Positions 38,281-51,129 of a DNA stretch of 64,000 bases are shown here, one piece after another. The DNA is from Octopus sinensis. Lineage: Eukaryota. Within the stretch, counting starts at the first letter, position 1, and each line of letters starts with the position of its first letter. The stretch lies in assembly GCF_006345805.1 (NCBI RefSeq), contig NC_043001.1:129828001-129892000 (forward strand), written 5' to 3'. Position numbers and translations under genes: made by a program. The notes beneath the pieces are model-generated. The model saw nothing but the letters and a program-made list of their open reading frames with translations. It did no database searches and was not told the origin of the DNA.

Positions 38281-39241
38281 TATACATACATATATGTATG
38301 CACACACACACACACACACATTACTGTAGATGACAGTTACAACTTCAATAAAAAAAACCCTAAGTTAATACTTTTGAACCCTAAATTCCAGATGTGCACT
38401 ACTAACTAGCTTGATTAATGTTGATATCTTAATTTAATTAGTAAAGATGATGTACTGTAACAAAACGTCAGAAACATGGAAGGCTAAAAACAAATTAAGA
38501 GAGAGAGAGAGAAATATCTAATGAAATAAAAAAAAAATGAATAGTCAACAGATGGCAATAATTTTTCATTTAGCCATCACAAACATAAATTCGATTACAT
38601 ATCAGTTATATGGTTATATGGTTCTCAGAAGCGGAAGATGAAGGAGTAGGTGGAGGGAATTTCAGCAGAACCGTGCACAATGGATTCCATAATCAAAAAG
38701 AGAAAGTACAACAAAATATTTTATAAGCGACATTGGAGAAACAGAAACAAGATAGATAGACATATGACATTTGAGGAGAAATTCTGGAATATCTACCACT
38801 AATAAAAGGTAATTTGGGACAAAAATCTCTGATAGATGCACACATTAAGTAAACAAACAGAAATGATTCAATATGTAGCAAGTAGAAGCTGAAGTCTTTA
38901 AACCATCAACTGAAGTAGGAATTTTTGAATTTTTTTTTTTGCCCTTGCTTTTTTTTTTTTTGTATTTCTTTCAAAAAGATGAATGTCAGATAATATAGTC
39001 AGTTTCTATATTTTTGTTTTCCATTTTTTTCCCTTTCCTTTCTTTGCTAGAATATTATTTACATTTGTTCCATGTTAAGGTAGTGCTGGTAGTTATGAAA
39101 TATATCTGAATGTCAAATACTAGAGCATCACTTGACTTACAGCATAGAAAAAAAGGGGGAAAAAAACATAAATGCAAAATGGAGAGTATGAAGAGAGAGC
39201 AAGTAATGTATATACAAATATGTGTGTATGTATATATGTGC

Positions 39242-39288
<47 letters not shown>

Positions 39289-39449
39289 CACACACATATA
39301 TACATATATGTATATATACATGCATATATATATATATATAGACATATATACTTACATGCATGTATATATATATGCACATATACATACATGTGTGTGTATA
39401 TATATCTATATATACATACATATATAAGCACATATATACCTACATGTAT

Positions 39450-39480
<31 letters not shown>
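36907..39480. repeat. ~1.3-kb near-identical tandem duplication bounded by TA/CA microsatellites
   Basis: Anchors CATACGTATCTGTC at 36907/38200 and TTACTGTAGATGAC at 37027/38321; period about 1293-1297 bp. Confidence 0.95.
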
Positions 39481-39487
<7 letters not shown>

Positions 39488-39576
39488 AAACACAGAATGA
39501 GTATATAAATATTTATACATTTATATTTTATCTACACAGAGATGTATGTATGAATGCATGCATATATATATATATA

Positions 39577-40526
39577 TCATCATCATCATCATCATCATTT
39601 AGCGTCCGTTTTCCATGCTAGCATGGGTTGGACGGTTCTACTGGGGTCTGTGAAGCCAGAAGGCTTCATCAGGCCCAGTCAAATCTGGCAGTGTTTCTAC
39701 GGCTGGATGCCCTTCCTAACGCCAACCACTCCGTGAGTGTAGTGGGTGCTTTTTACGTGCCACCCGCACTGGTGCCAGACAGAGCTGGCAAACGGCCACG
39801 AACGGATGGTGCTTTTTATGTGCCACCGGCACGAGGGCCAGGCGAGGCTGGCAACGGACACGAAACGGGGCGGTGCTGGCAACGGTCGCGAAACGGAAAG
39901 TTCTCTTACATGCCACCGGCACTGGTAACACATCTGCAATTTCCATTGATCGATTTCCATTGATCGATTTCGATTCTGATCCTCACTTGCCTCAATGGGT
40001 CTTCACAAGCAGAGTTTCGACATGCCACCGGCACTGGTAGCACATCCGCAATTTCCATTGATCGATTTCGATTCTGATCCTCACTTGCCTCAACACGTCT
40101 TCACAAGTAGAGTTTTGTGTCCCAAGAAGGGAAGGTATACATACGTAGGCTGGCTCCATCCCATGTAGAAGGCCACGGGTTGTGGACTCACTTGTCCTGC
40201 CGGGTCTTCTCGCGCACAGCACACTTCCAGAGGTCTCGGTCTCTAGTCATTTCCTCAGTGAGACCTAAAGTTCGAAGGTCGTGCTTCACCACCTCGTCCC
40301 AGGTTTTCCTGGGTCTGCCTCTTCCACAGGTTCCCTCAACCGCTAGGGTGTGGCACTTTTTCACACAACTATCTTCATCCATTCTCGCCACATGACCATA
40401 CCAGCGCAAACGTCTCTCTTGCACACCACAACTGATGCTTCTTAGGTCCAGCTTTTCTCTCAAGGTACTTACACTCTGCCGAGTGTGAGTACCGGCATTA
40501 CACATCCATCGGAGCATACTGGCTTC
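39577..40526 (-). mobile_element. 5'-truncated RTE-clade LINE (RT C-terminus, 3' UTR and (TGA)n tail)
   Basis: Open frame EASMLRWMC...RRLRWYGHVARM...EGTCGRGRPRKTWDEVV...RDRDLW, stop at 40188; ~600-bp 3' UTR with internal duplications. Confidence 0.92.
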
Positions 40527-41317
40527 GGGACGAAAGAAATACAGAGAGGGTGAAAGAGAGAAAGGTAGGACAGAAATAAATGGATAGATACGCATACACA
40601 TACATGCATACACATATTTTATTATGAGATGAATTTGTGATTAATATTTTGGGTAGAGTTTTTTTCCTCTGTTTTTCTAATTTGCTTTCAGTTTCTGTTT
40701 CTAATCAGATTCTGATGATGTAACCACCAAGATCAGCAACAATACACATTGCACAACAACAAGACTTGGGACATCAAGTTTAATGCCAATGCTACATCTA
40801 TACTGGTTCAGCAATTCATGAAAAGATGTTCAAAGTATACACAGAAGCACTACAATATTGGTGACTCAACAACAGTACAATTTATATTAGCTCTGGCTAA
40901 AAGAAGTTCTGCTTCTGATGACAACTATGGACCTACTTGGCAGCTGCTAATTATTACAAATATGGACGTTCCAAATTTGACAAGAGAATACTCAATAACT
41001 GTCCAGTGTGTGGTACTATGAATGATGTGGAATCACATTCAAGTATTCCTTGATGATAATCATGTAGTCTCAACTTTTTTCTATGCAGGAGATATTCCAT
41101 CTCACGATAAAAGCAATACAAGTAACTATGAAATGTAGAGATCATTGTTGCTAAGCTGTTATACGGAAGGATTATTTGAAGGATTATTTGATGTGTCGAG
41201 TGTGCCAGAACTGTAGTCTAATCCTATAGCATTTAAACTGGCTAAATCCAGCCAAAATAGTCTTCCTGTTTCAAGTTCAAACTGGCTAGATCCAGTCTCT
41301 CACACCTACCATACAAT

Positions 41318-41567
41318 AATAATGCGCCCTTTTAAAGCCTAGCCAGGCTCATGGGCCCGGTTTCCCAGTTTCTGTGGTGTATGTGTTTCCCAGCTGGATG
41401 TGATGCCAGTCCATCACAGCGTTACTCATTTTTGCCAGCTGAGTGGACTGGAGCAATGCGAAATGAAGTGTTTTGCTCAAGAACACAATGCATCGCCCGG
41501 TTCAGGAATCGAAACCACAATTTTACGATCATGATGCTGACACCCTAACCACTAAGCCACGGGCCTC
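41318..41567 (-). mobile_element. SINE family D (tRNA head plus CORE-like segment), 15-bp TSD
   Basis: Head GGAGGCCCGTGGCTTAGTGGTTAGGGTG, TGTGTTCTTGAGCAAAACACTT; TSD CACCTACCATACAAT at 41303-41317 and 41568-41582. Confidence 0.9.
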
Positions 41568-42024
41568 CACCTACCATACAATGTTAGTCTAAAAAATACA
41601 CAGTCACACAATCAAAATCTCAAAGCTACAAGATAAATTCAAAAACAAGGTGGATAAATAAGTGGAATAATTTGAATGCTAAAGGATTAAAGTCACATCA
41701 ACCAAAACTTCCACAGAAAAGCTCAGAATAGACTACTCTAGAACTATGGTTATAAGTACGTTAATGACAGAAAAATGAATAGCTATTGATCATAGATAAA
41801 ACAAGAGACAAAATAATAGTTGTCACTAAGAGTAAAAACTAGATTTATGTTGTGAGGTCTAATAGTTGCGGAGGACTACAAATGAATTTCAAAAAACTCG
41901 GGTACTAAGTGGTGGCCATGGAAATCCAACTGGTTCAAGAAGGGATCTTAGCTTAACATATAAGAAGTAGATATATAAGAAGCCAACTGTTTATAATTAG
42001 CAGAAAAATAGATAAAAAAATATC

Positions 42025-42252
42025 TCTTTCTTTACTACCCACAAGGGGCTAAACACAGAGAGGACAAACACTGACAGACAAACAGATTAAGTCGATTATA
42101 TCGACCCCAGTACGGAACTGGTACTTATTTAATCGACCCCAAAAGGATGAAAGGCAAAGTCGACCTCGGCAGAATTTGAACTCAGAATGTAGTGGCAGAC
42201 GAACTACCGATAAGCATTTCGCCCGGCGTGCTAACGATTCTGCCAGCTCGCC
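42025..42252 (-). mobile_element. SINE family B, with a diverged B copy adjacent (about 42350-42560)
   Basis: Collinear with 13479; AAATATC on both flanks (42018-42024 and 42253-42259). Confidence 0.88.
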
Positions 42253-42581
42253 AAATATCACTGTGATATTTCTGGTGGAGTAGCAATGAACTGTATATCT
42301 AGGTTTACCAATTCTGAAGAAAGCAAGATTTTAGTAGAATCAATAATCCTTTCTGCTATAGGCATAAGACTTGAAATTTTCAGGGAAGGGAGCAACTTGA
42401 TTATATCAACCTTAATGCTCAGCTGGTGCTCATTTTATTCATCCTAAAAGGATTAACGGCAAAGTCAACCTTGGCAGCATTTGAACTCAGAATGTAAAGA
42501 TAGATGAAATGCTGCATAGCATATTGTTTGGTGTGCTAGCAATTTTGTTAGCTCACCTCCTTTTTAGAAGTATGAATAATA

Positions 42582-42752
42582 GGCGCAGAAGTGGCTGTGT
42601 GGTAAGTAGCTTGCTTACCAACCACATGGTTCCGGGTTCAGTCCCATTACGTGGCACCTTGGGCAAGTGTCTTCTACTATAGCCTCAGGCCGACCAATGC
42701 CTTGTGAGTGGATTTGGTAGATGGAAACTGAAAGAAGCCTGTCGTATATATG

Positions 42753-42785
<33 letters not shown>

Positions 42786-42994
42786 ATGTTTGTGTGTTTG
42801 TGTTTGTCCCCCCGACATCGCTTGACAACTGATGCTGGTGTGTTTGCGTCCCCGTAACTTAGCGGTTCGGCAAAAGACACCGATGGAATAAGTACTGGGC
42901 TTACATAAGAATAAGTCCTGGGGTCGATTTACTCGACTAAAAGGTGGTGCTCCAGCATGGCCACAGTCAAATGACTGAAACAAGTAAAAGAGTA
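42582..42994 (+). mobile_element. SINE family A full-length copy
   Basis: Collinear with 14363. Confidence 0.92.
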
Positions 42995-43084
42995 ATATAC
43001 AGCATCAGTTGCCTTTATCTAATAACTACCTGAGTTAGGTGTTATGGTACGTAAATGTAAACTATCAAAAATGTAATAGCTTTT

Positions 43085-43420
43085 ATCTTTTAGTTGTTTC
43101 AGTCATTAGACTGTGGCCATGCAGGAGCATCACCTTGAAGATTTGATTCATCAAATGAATCAACCCCAGTACTTATTTTTTAAAAACCTGGTACTTGTTC
43201 TATCAGTCTCTTTTGCTGAACTGCTAAGTTGCAGGGACATAACTCAAGCAGTGGTGGTGGCAGGGGAACAAGCACACACACACACACACACATATATTTA
43301 CATATATATGACATATATATATTACATATATATGACAAGGATCTTCCATTTACCATCTACCAAATCCCCTCTAAACACTTGCTAAAGGAGCCACACACTA
43401 GAACTGAACCCGGAACCATT
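43085..43420 (-). mobile_element. SINE family A, diverged and deleted copy
   Basis: TTGTTTCAGTCATTAGACTGTGGCCATGC...CTTTTGCTGAACTGCTAAGTT...ACTGAACCCGGAACCAT. Confidence 0.75.
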
Positions 43421-44173
43421 TTTTCAATGTGTCCATTCCAATTTAAAGATAGTACTGTTTGGTTTGAGGGAAGTTTAGCTGTTAATTTTATCAGATTAGA
43501 TGACCACATAGTAACTCCCCATTGGCTAATATATTATATATATATTTTAGTGCTTAAAAATACATGGTTACTGAACATGACTTCTGTTACTATGATACAA
43601 GAATAGTGAATATACTGGACAACTATTATCAACAATTAGAGTAGCATCTGATGAAAATAATTAAGATATTCCACTGGATGTACACAGGCAACCATATTGG
43701 ATAGATGTCAATGCTGTTGTTGCAGATACCATTATAGATTATTAGAATTATATATGAAACCTCTCCAATATCAAGTATGAACTCAGATCCAGGCATACAC
43801 ATACAAAAGCATAGCAATAGCCAGAGAGTAGAATTATACCAAAGGAAACATCAAGTAAGGTAGTTAAAGCCTACTTAAGAGAGCTGTGATTAGTTGATGG
43901 AGCCAAGCCATTTAAAGCATATCACAAAAGGAATACAAAAACACACTCTTTCCCCCCTCTCTCTCTCTCTTTCACTCACTATTTCTCTCTCTCTCTCTCT
44001 CTTGCTCTCTCTCTCTCTCAAAAACACACATACACATGCAAGAACATTCTTTTGACTCAAACATGGAAGACATGCCAGCTAAGAAGATCAGACCGTTTAA
44101 TAGCATTTTAAAATAGATGTAACTCCTCGTTACACATAAAGAATGAAAAAAATAAATAAATAGAAAAGCTATA

Positions 44174-44217
<44 letters not shown>

Positions 44218-44317
44218 ATATATATGTATATATATGTGTGAGCATGCCAACATACAAAATACATACATATATAAATATATCTAAACATACATATCTATTA
44301 TATACATTTAATAACAG

Positions 44318-44374
<57 letters not shown>

Positions 44375-45200
44375 CATAAACATACACACATAAGAGACAG
44401 AATGCCAAATTTTATGCTTTAGACACCGACACTATAATGTATTTTTGTAGAAAATTTCTTTGGAATACCATTCTATTCTAATTTGATCCAATCACTATGG
44501 GGTTTGGCATAGATATGGAGAATAAAAGATTTATTAGATATATCTGGAAATAAGTATATTGATCACAAATATTTTCTAAATATGTTTTTTTTTTATTTGT
44601 TTTTATCCCCCATCTTGAGTTCAAAGAATCGATGTAAAAATAAAAACAGGATAAAATATAATAAAATAAAATAAATCAGAGTAGAAAAACGGAATCATAA
44701 AAAGAAACCAAGAAAGTAATAATATAATAATAAATTTCTTCATGGTTGATCACAATTCTTTTTTTATATTTTTGAGTTTATTACATTTTATTCCCAAGTC
44801 CACATGCCGTTGGGCCAAGTAATAAGTATATGAGTATGATTCTTTTGGGAAACCTTCATAGATCAGTGGCATATGGGTGAAAACATTTATCAACCATTTG
44901 CATATTTCTGTTCCTTAGGAACACTTTATCAGTTTACAAGAGAGAAGTGCGGGAGAAGAAGGAGAAGGGACTTGGTTTAGGGTAGAAGAGAAAGCGACTG
45001 AGAATGAAGCTAACATGGTGAAATATATGGTGGATATTTATTTTGGTGTTTAATGAAAGAAACGAAGTAAAATTTACAAACAAAGAAAATAAAAAAATAA
45101 AATAAAAATTGCTGATAAGTGTGGGTGGAAAGAAAGAGTAAAGCTACAAAACGATGATGATATAGAGGAAAGAAAAGAAGGAGCATAAAAGTAGGAGGAC

Positions 45201-45250
<50 letters not shown>

Positions 45251-45469
45251 TAATAATATAATAATAACAATAGTAATAATAAAGATAGTAACCACAAATT
45301 AATGGAAAGACATGTAGAAAGTTTATAAATAAATAAGTAAATAAATAAAAATTGCTGCTTTTGTGGGAAAATTATTTTGGTTTGTATCTCAGCAATTGAG
45401 TGGTTAACTCATGGCTCAGAAGAGATTTAAAAGAGGAAAAAAGAGAAGAAACTCAACATGGTAGTTTAG

Positions 45470-45638
45470 TCAAATATACATACATACATGCATACATACA
45501 TACATACATATATATATATATGTATATATGTATATGTATATAATATGTATATGTATATATATATATGTATATATATATATGTATATGTATAATATATATA
45601 TGTATATATATAATGTATATATATATATGTATGTATAT

Positions 45639-45671
<33 letters not shown>

Positions 45672-45727
45672 ACGGGAAGCTTATGAAAATAAACAAAAGA
45701 CGAAGGCAGGTGGAAAACAAACGAACA

Positions 45728-45809
<82 letters not shown>

Positions 45810-46110
45810 TTATGTGTGTGTGTGTGTGCATACATGCATGCCTACATTATATGTACTACATATAAATCCAGATGCCCAAGTATGCATATGCACAGAAAAA
45901 TATTTATAAGATATGAATATAAGTACATAAAATATGATATATATACATGTACTTAGTTCACTTATATATATATATATATATACATACACCCACGCACATA
46001 AATATATATATGTCCAAAGATTGTATATACATATGTATATGTATAAACATATACACACACACACATGATATGTGTGTATGTGTGTGTGTGTGCGCGAATA
46101 TATATATATA
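45470..46110. repeat. (TA)n/(TATG)n/(TG)n microsatellite field
   Basis: Direct reading; similar fields at 44110-44390, 53175-53700, 61540-62025, 62870-63065 and 63420-63690. Confidence 0.95.
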
Positions 46111-48037
46111 TGTATATATGTTGATGAAGAAAAGCCTGTTCAAATATTTGATAAATAATTACTTATCAACAAATCAATCAATTTATTCCTTACTAAAACA
46201 ACATTGGATGTAATTAATTGGTTTAGAAATCATTAATCAATCTTGATAAAGAAATAAGCTTTTACAATTTTGCTAGAATTCTTTGCAAACACAAAAATTG
46301 TTATATGTCTCCAGGGGTGGGTACAGAATAATGGAGAAGATTTTTTTGTGGCCGTGTGTATATAGAAATGCATATATGCATGTGTAAGGGATGTTTGCAT
46401 CTGCGTGCAGCTGTAAATAAGTGTATTCAATGGCTAATGCATATTTTTGTAATGTAATGCATTTGTGTTTCTTTTCTTGCTTTATTTTCATAAGTCTTCA
46501 TATATATATATATATGTGTGTGTGTGTGTAATATATATATGTATATATATATATAATGCATGTATGTATTTTCATAAGTTTTTACATATATACATGTATA
46601 ATTATGTTCTAATAGTTTAATGGGGAAGAGGAGATGCTATTTCACTAACATAATTTAATTTTTGATTCAGAGTTTTTATTGGCTCAAATTGAAATAGCAA
46701 CATTAAAAAAAATAGCTAAAAACATTTGCAAAAACAAAAGAATCTAAGGACTGCAAATAAAGGTTGAACAAGCACACAGCCAATAATTTAAACTGATTAA
46801 TTCAGTTTGCCACAATCTCTAGGAAAAAAAAAAAAAAAGAAAAGAAACTAAGTTAGAATGTATAGATTGCTGACAGTCTGGTTATTAATTCCAGTAATTT
46901 CAACACAAATGTATGAAATAGGTTACAGCTTGGAAATCTTGCACAACAGGACTGCAATATGTATAAATATATCAAGCATAATGCAATATAATGGTCAGAT
47001 TTGTTTCACCATAGCTATGATGGCCTGCCATTGGTTAGGTTTACATAGTAGCACACTCCTCAGCAGCACCAATTAGAACAAGTTATTACAAAGGTCACTG
47101 CTGCTCAGGCATCAGAATTACATATATATATGTGTATGCATTATAAACTTGTACAAACACACGCCTACATTACCTACATACAAACCTTATACATGGTTTC
47201 ACCTACAAAAGCTCGGCAATGTGTCTAAGTATTAAGAATAATATTTACAATAATTAACTCTTTAGCATTCAAATTACTCTGTCAAATGTAATGCTTGCTT
47301 ATTCACATTATTGTGAATTAATTCTGCATCACCTTGCAGCTTTGAGATTTTGATGATGTGATCAATTATTTTTAGAATGACATTGTCAGAAAGGTGTGAG
47401 AGGCCAGATCTGGCCAGTTTGAACATAATACAAGTAGAAAATTTTGGCTGGATAAGGACAATTTAAATGCTAAAAAGGGTTAAAGTTCAGTATTTTTGAC
47501 AATGATATAATCCAATGCACAGCGAGCAATAAACAAGGACTTCAGTTTACAATCTAGTTTTGATTCGTCTGTCACAGTTTAAAATATAGGTGTGAGTGTG
47601 GCCTTGTAGTAAACCGTTCACTTCACGACCATGTGGTTTTGACTTCAGCCACACTGAGCAGCACTTTGGGTAAGTGTCTTCTACTTTAGCCCTAGACTAA
47701 CCAATGCTTTGTGAGTGAATTTAGTAGGTGGAAATTGCAAGGAAACCAGACTTATTCATATATACATACTCAGCCATGTGTGTGTATATGTGTGTAAACC
47801 TTACCTCTCATTGTGGTTTGGTGGCACAAAGCAAAGCAAGCCTTGCTGTCAAGTCAAGAAACCATAGTAAATGGCCCACAAGTGCTCAAATTGAGTTGTC
47901 AACTGGTTTCATTTGCCAAAATGCTTGCAAGGCTCTAGCAGTCCTCAAGAAACACATTCGTGTCCATAAAACATGATTAACACTTTATTTTACTGAACCC
48001 TCATTTGTTGTTCACTACAAGAAAATCCATCACATAT

Positions 48038-48293
48038 GTGTGGCACATAAAATACACCAATCCGACCGTGGCCGTTGCCAGCCCCGTCTGGCACCAGTGC
48101 AGGTGGCACGTAAAAAGCACCCACTACACTCATGGAGTGGTTGGCGTTAGGAAGGGCATCCAGCTGTAGAAACATTGCCAGATAAGACTGGGCCTGGTGC
48201 AGCCTTCAGCCTTCCCAGATCCCCAGTCGAACCGTCCAACCCATGCTAGCATGGAGAACGGACGTTAAATGATGATGATGATGATGATGATGA
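48038..48293 (+). mobile_element. RTE-type 3' end fragment with (TGA)n tail; an older copy follows (about 48305-48520)
   Basis: GGAGTGGTTGGCGTTAGGAAGGGCATCCAGCTGTAG...CCATGCTAGCATGGAGAACGGACGTTAAATGATGAT. Confidence 0.85.
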
Positions 48294-48574
48294 TATATAT
48301 ATATTGGGCTTCTGGATGCTGGTGCCATGCAAAAGCCTCTGTGCTGGCGCTATGTAAAAGCATCCAGTACACTCCATACAGTGGTTAATGTTGGGAAGAA
48401 CATCCACCCACAAAAATCATACCAAAACTGACATGGAGCCTGAGTAGTTTTTCAGCCGGTCAGCTCCTGTGAAATCATCCAGCCCACGCTAGCATGGAAA
48501 ACAGACATTAAATGAGGATGATTATATACATATACACATCCCTTTTTCTTGTTATATATATGTATACATTATTT

Positions 48575-48928
48575 TTCTTTTATCCTTTTTTATTTCTTTC
48601 GGTCATTTGACTGTGGCCATGCTGGAGCACCACCTTTAGTTGAACAAATCAACCCCCAGGACTTATTCTTTGTAAGCCTAGTACTTATTCTATCGGTCTC
48701 TTTTGCCAAGCTGCTGAGTTATGGGGATGTAAACACACATGCACACATACAAACACACATAAACGATAGGCTTCTTTCAGCTTCCACCTACCAAATCCAC
48801 TCGCAAGGCTTTGGTCAGCCTGAGGCTATAGTAGAAAACACTTGCCCAAGGTGCCATGCAGTAGGACTGAACCTTGAAACCATGTGGTTGGGAAGCAAGC
48901 TTCATACCACACAACCGTGCCTGCACCT
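48575..48928 (-). mobile_element. SINE family A, diverged
   Basis: Reverse-complement match with a deletion around the microsatellite. Confidence 0.85.
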
Positions 48929-49056
48929 GTATCAGCAAATCATCAGTAAAAAAAGTTTGCAAACTGGAATAAATTATTTTGCTGTGAGAAAAGAGAGAAC
49001 CATAGCATTTCAAGCACTGAATAACCGAAGAAAACATTCAGTAAGGGATATCCATT

Positions 49057-49420
49057 AGAGGAGTGGCTGTGTGGTAAGTAGCTTGCTAACCAACCACACG
49101 GTTGCGGGTTCAGTCCCACTGCGTGGCATCTTGGGCAAGTGTCTTCTGCTATAGCCCCGGGCCGACCAATGCCTTGTGAGTGGATTTGGTAGACGGAAAC
49201 TGAAAGAAGCCTGTCGTATATATGTATATATATATGTATGCGTGTGTTTGTGTGTCTGTGTTTGTCCCCCTAGCATTGCTTGACAACCGATGCTGGTGTG
49301 TTTAGGTCTCCGTCACTTAGCGGTTCGGCAAAAAGAGACCGATAGAATAAGTACTAAAAGGTGGTGCTCCAGCATGGCCGCAGTCAAATGACTGAAACAA
49401 GTAAAAGAGTAAAAGAGAGA
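49057..49420 (+). mobile_element. SINE family A with ~40-bp internal deletion
   Basis: Jumps from GAATAAGTACT directly to AAAAGGTGGTGCTCC. Confidence 0.9.
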
Positions 49421-50142
49421 GAGTAGAGACTCATCAGAAACTGACAGTCTAACCTAAAATTGAGCATCATTCGTAGATATAAAAGTAGATAACTTAGCAC
49501 TCCTCAAGTCTTGTCATATTTACTTCATATCATCTGTAGGATTCCAAGATGAAAATTGTAAATTACACAAAAGAATGAATATTTTGAGTCAATTAGCTAA
49601 ATTAAGCCTCAAAATTCTGCAGAAAATTTATACACAATATGATCAGTTTAGTCTCTCATAGTGAATTTAAAAGAAAGTGTTAAAGTTTTGAAACAATCAT
49701 TAATGATTTTATTCATTAATATAGATATTCAAGAAAAGCTGATGAGATAATGGTGATGACAAGCATTAATGATACTGACAATATTAATAATGATGATGGT
49801 GGTGGTGGTGGTGGTGGTGGTGGTGGTGTGGTGGTGTGGTGGTGGTGTGGTGGTGGTGGTGTGGTGGTGGTGGTGTTAATGCTCATGATAAATTATTGTG
49901 ATGATAGAGAGGTGCACGATAATGATAATATTAAAGATGATACGTAAAATAGTGAGCTGGCAGAACCATAAGCATCTTTACATTCTAAGTTCAAATTCCA
50001 TTGAGGTCGACTTGGCCTTCATCCTTTCTGGGTGGATAAAATAAGCACCAGTTGAACACTGGTGTTGATGTAATCGATTTATCCCTTCTCCTGAAATTGC
50101 TGGCCTTGTGCTGAAATTTGAAATCAATATTAAAGATGCTGG

Positions 50143-50450
50143 TGGAGGCGCAATGACCCAGTGGTTAGGGCAGCGAACTCGTGGTCGGAGGAACGCGGTT
50201 TCGATTCCCAGACAGGATGTTGTGTGTGTTTATGGAGCGAAAACACCTAAAGCTCCACAAGGCTCTGGTATGGGGTGGTGGCGACCCCTGTTGTACACTT
50301 TCATCCCAACTTTCTCTCACTCTTTCTTCCTATTTCTTGAGTAATACTGCGATGGACTGGTGTCCCATCGAGCTGGGGGGAACATATATGCCATAGAAAC
50401 TGGGAAACCGGACCCATGAGCCTGGCTAGGTTTGAAAAGGGTGCATAAAG
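50143..50450 (+). mobile_element. Chimeric SINE: C head plus D tail
   Basis: C head to about 50335, then GCGATGGACTGG...GAAACTGGGAAACCGGACCCATGAGCCTGGCTAGG as in 41318. Confidence 0.85.
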
Positions 50451-50459
50451 AAAAAAAAT

Positions 50460-50790
50460 TAAAGATGATGGCGCATCAGGCTCACAATCATGATGTTCTG
50501 AGTTTGATTCTTGAACCAGGCTTTGTGTTGTGTTCTTGAGCAAGACACTTTATTTCATGTTGCTCCAGTTCACTTGGCTGCAGAAATAAGTTGTGACATC
50601 ACTGGTGCCAAGCTGTATCGGCCTTTGCCTTTCCCTTGGATAACATCGGTGGCATGGAGAGGGGAGGCCAGTATGTATGGGTGACGGGTGGTCTTCCATG
50701 AACAACCTTGCTCGAACTTATACCTCGGAGGGTAACTTTCTTGTTGCAATCCCATGGTCATTCATGACCAAAAGGTGTTTTACCCTTAAC
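50460..50790 (+). mobile_element. SINE with D-type head and a further distinct tail
   Basis: TGTGTTCTTGAGCAAGACACTTTATTTCATGTTGCTCCAGTTCAC followed by sequence unrelated to the other tails. Confidence 0.7.
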
Positions 50791-51129
50791 CTTTATGATA
50801 ATAATAATAACAGCAACTAAAATTCAATTATTTTGATAGCAAGTGTATAAAAAGCTGAAGTACAGCTAGCTGAGAGTCCTGCTATTAAGAGCTGGGAATT
50901 TTGAAAGGAACTTTGGACAACCAACTTACACATCGTAGCAGATTTTACATGGTTTCTTGACTTGGTAGAAGTCATATCATTTTCAAATAACATTTCTCAA
51001 AAATTAAGATTAAGGTCATGTCGTCTGGGGATTCACTTTACCTGTAAAATGAGGGAATGGTCATTGCCAGATCAGAGCCTTCTTGGGTCTAAACAACAAT
51101 AGCAAGGATATTTGCAGAACAAACATCAA

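Noticed and set aside
41000-41053. CPVCGTMNDVESHSSIP-stop, resembling a CX2CX8HX4C LINE zinc knuckle if the TGA were TGT
   Set aside because: It requires a mutated codon and I found no supporting RT or endonuclease motifs nearby; an HMM search of 40.7-41.2 kb would be needed.
49796-49876. (GGT)n tract as a functional G-quadruplex
   Set aside because: Only two-tier G-runs in an ordinary microsatellite, with nothing to indicate function.
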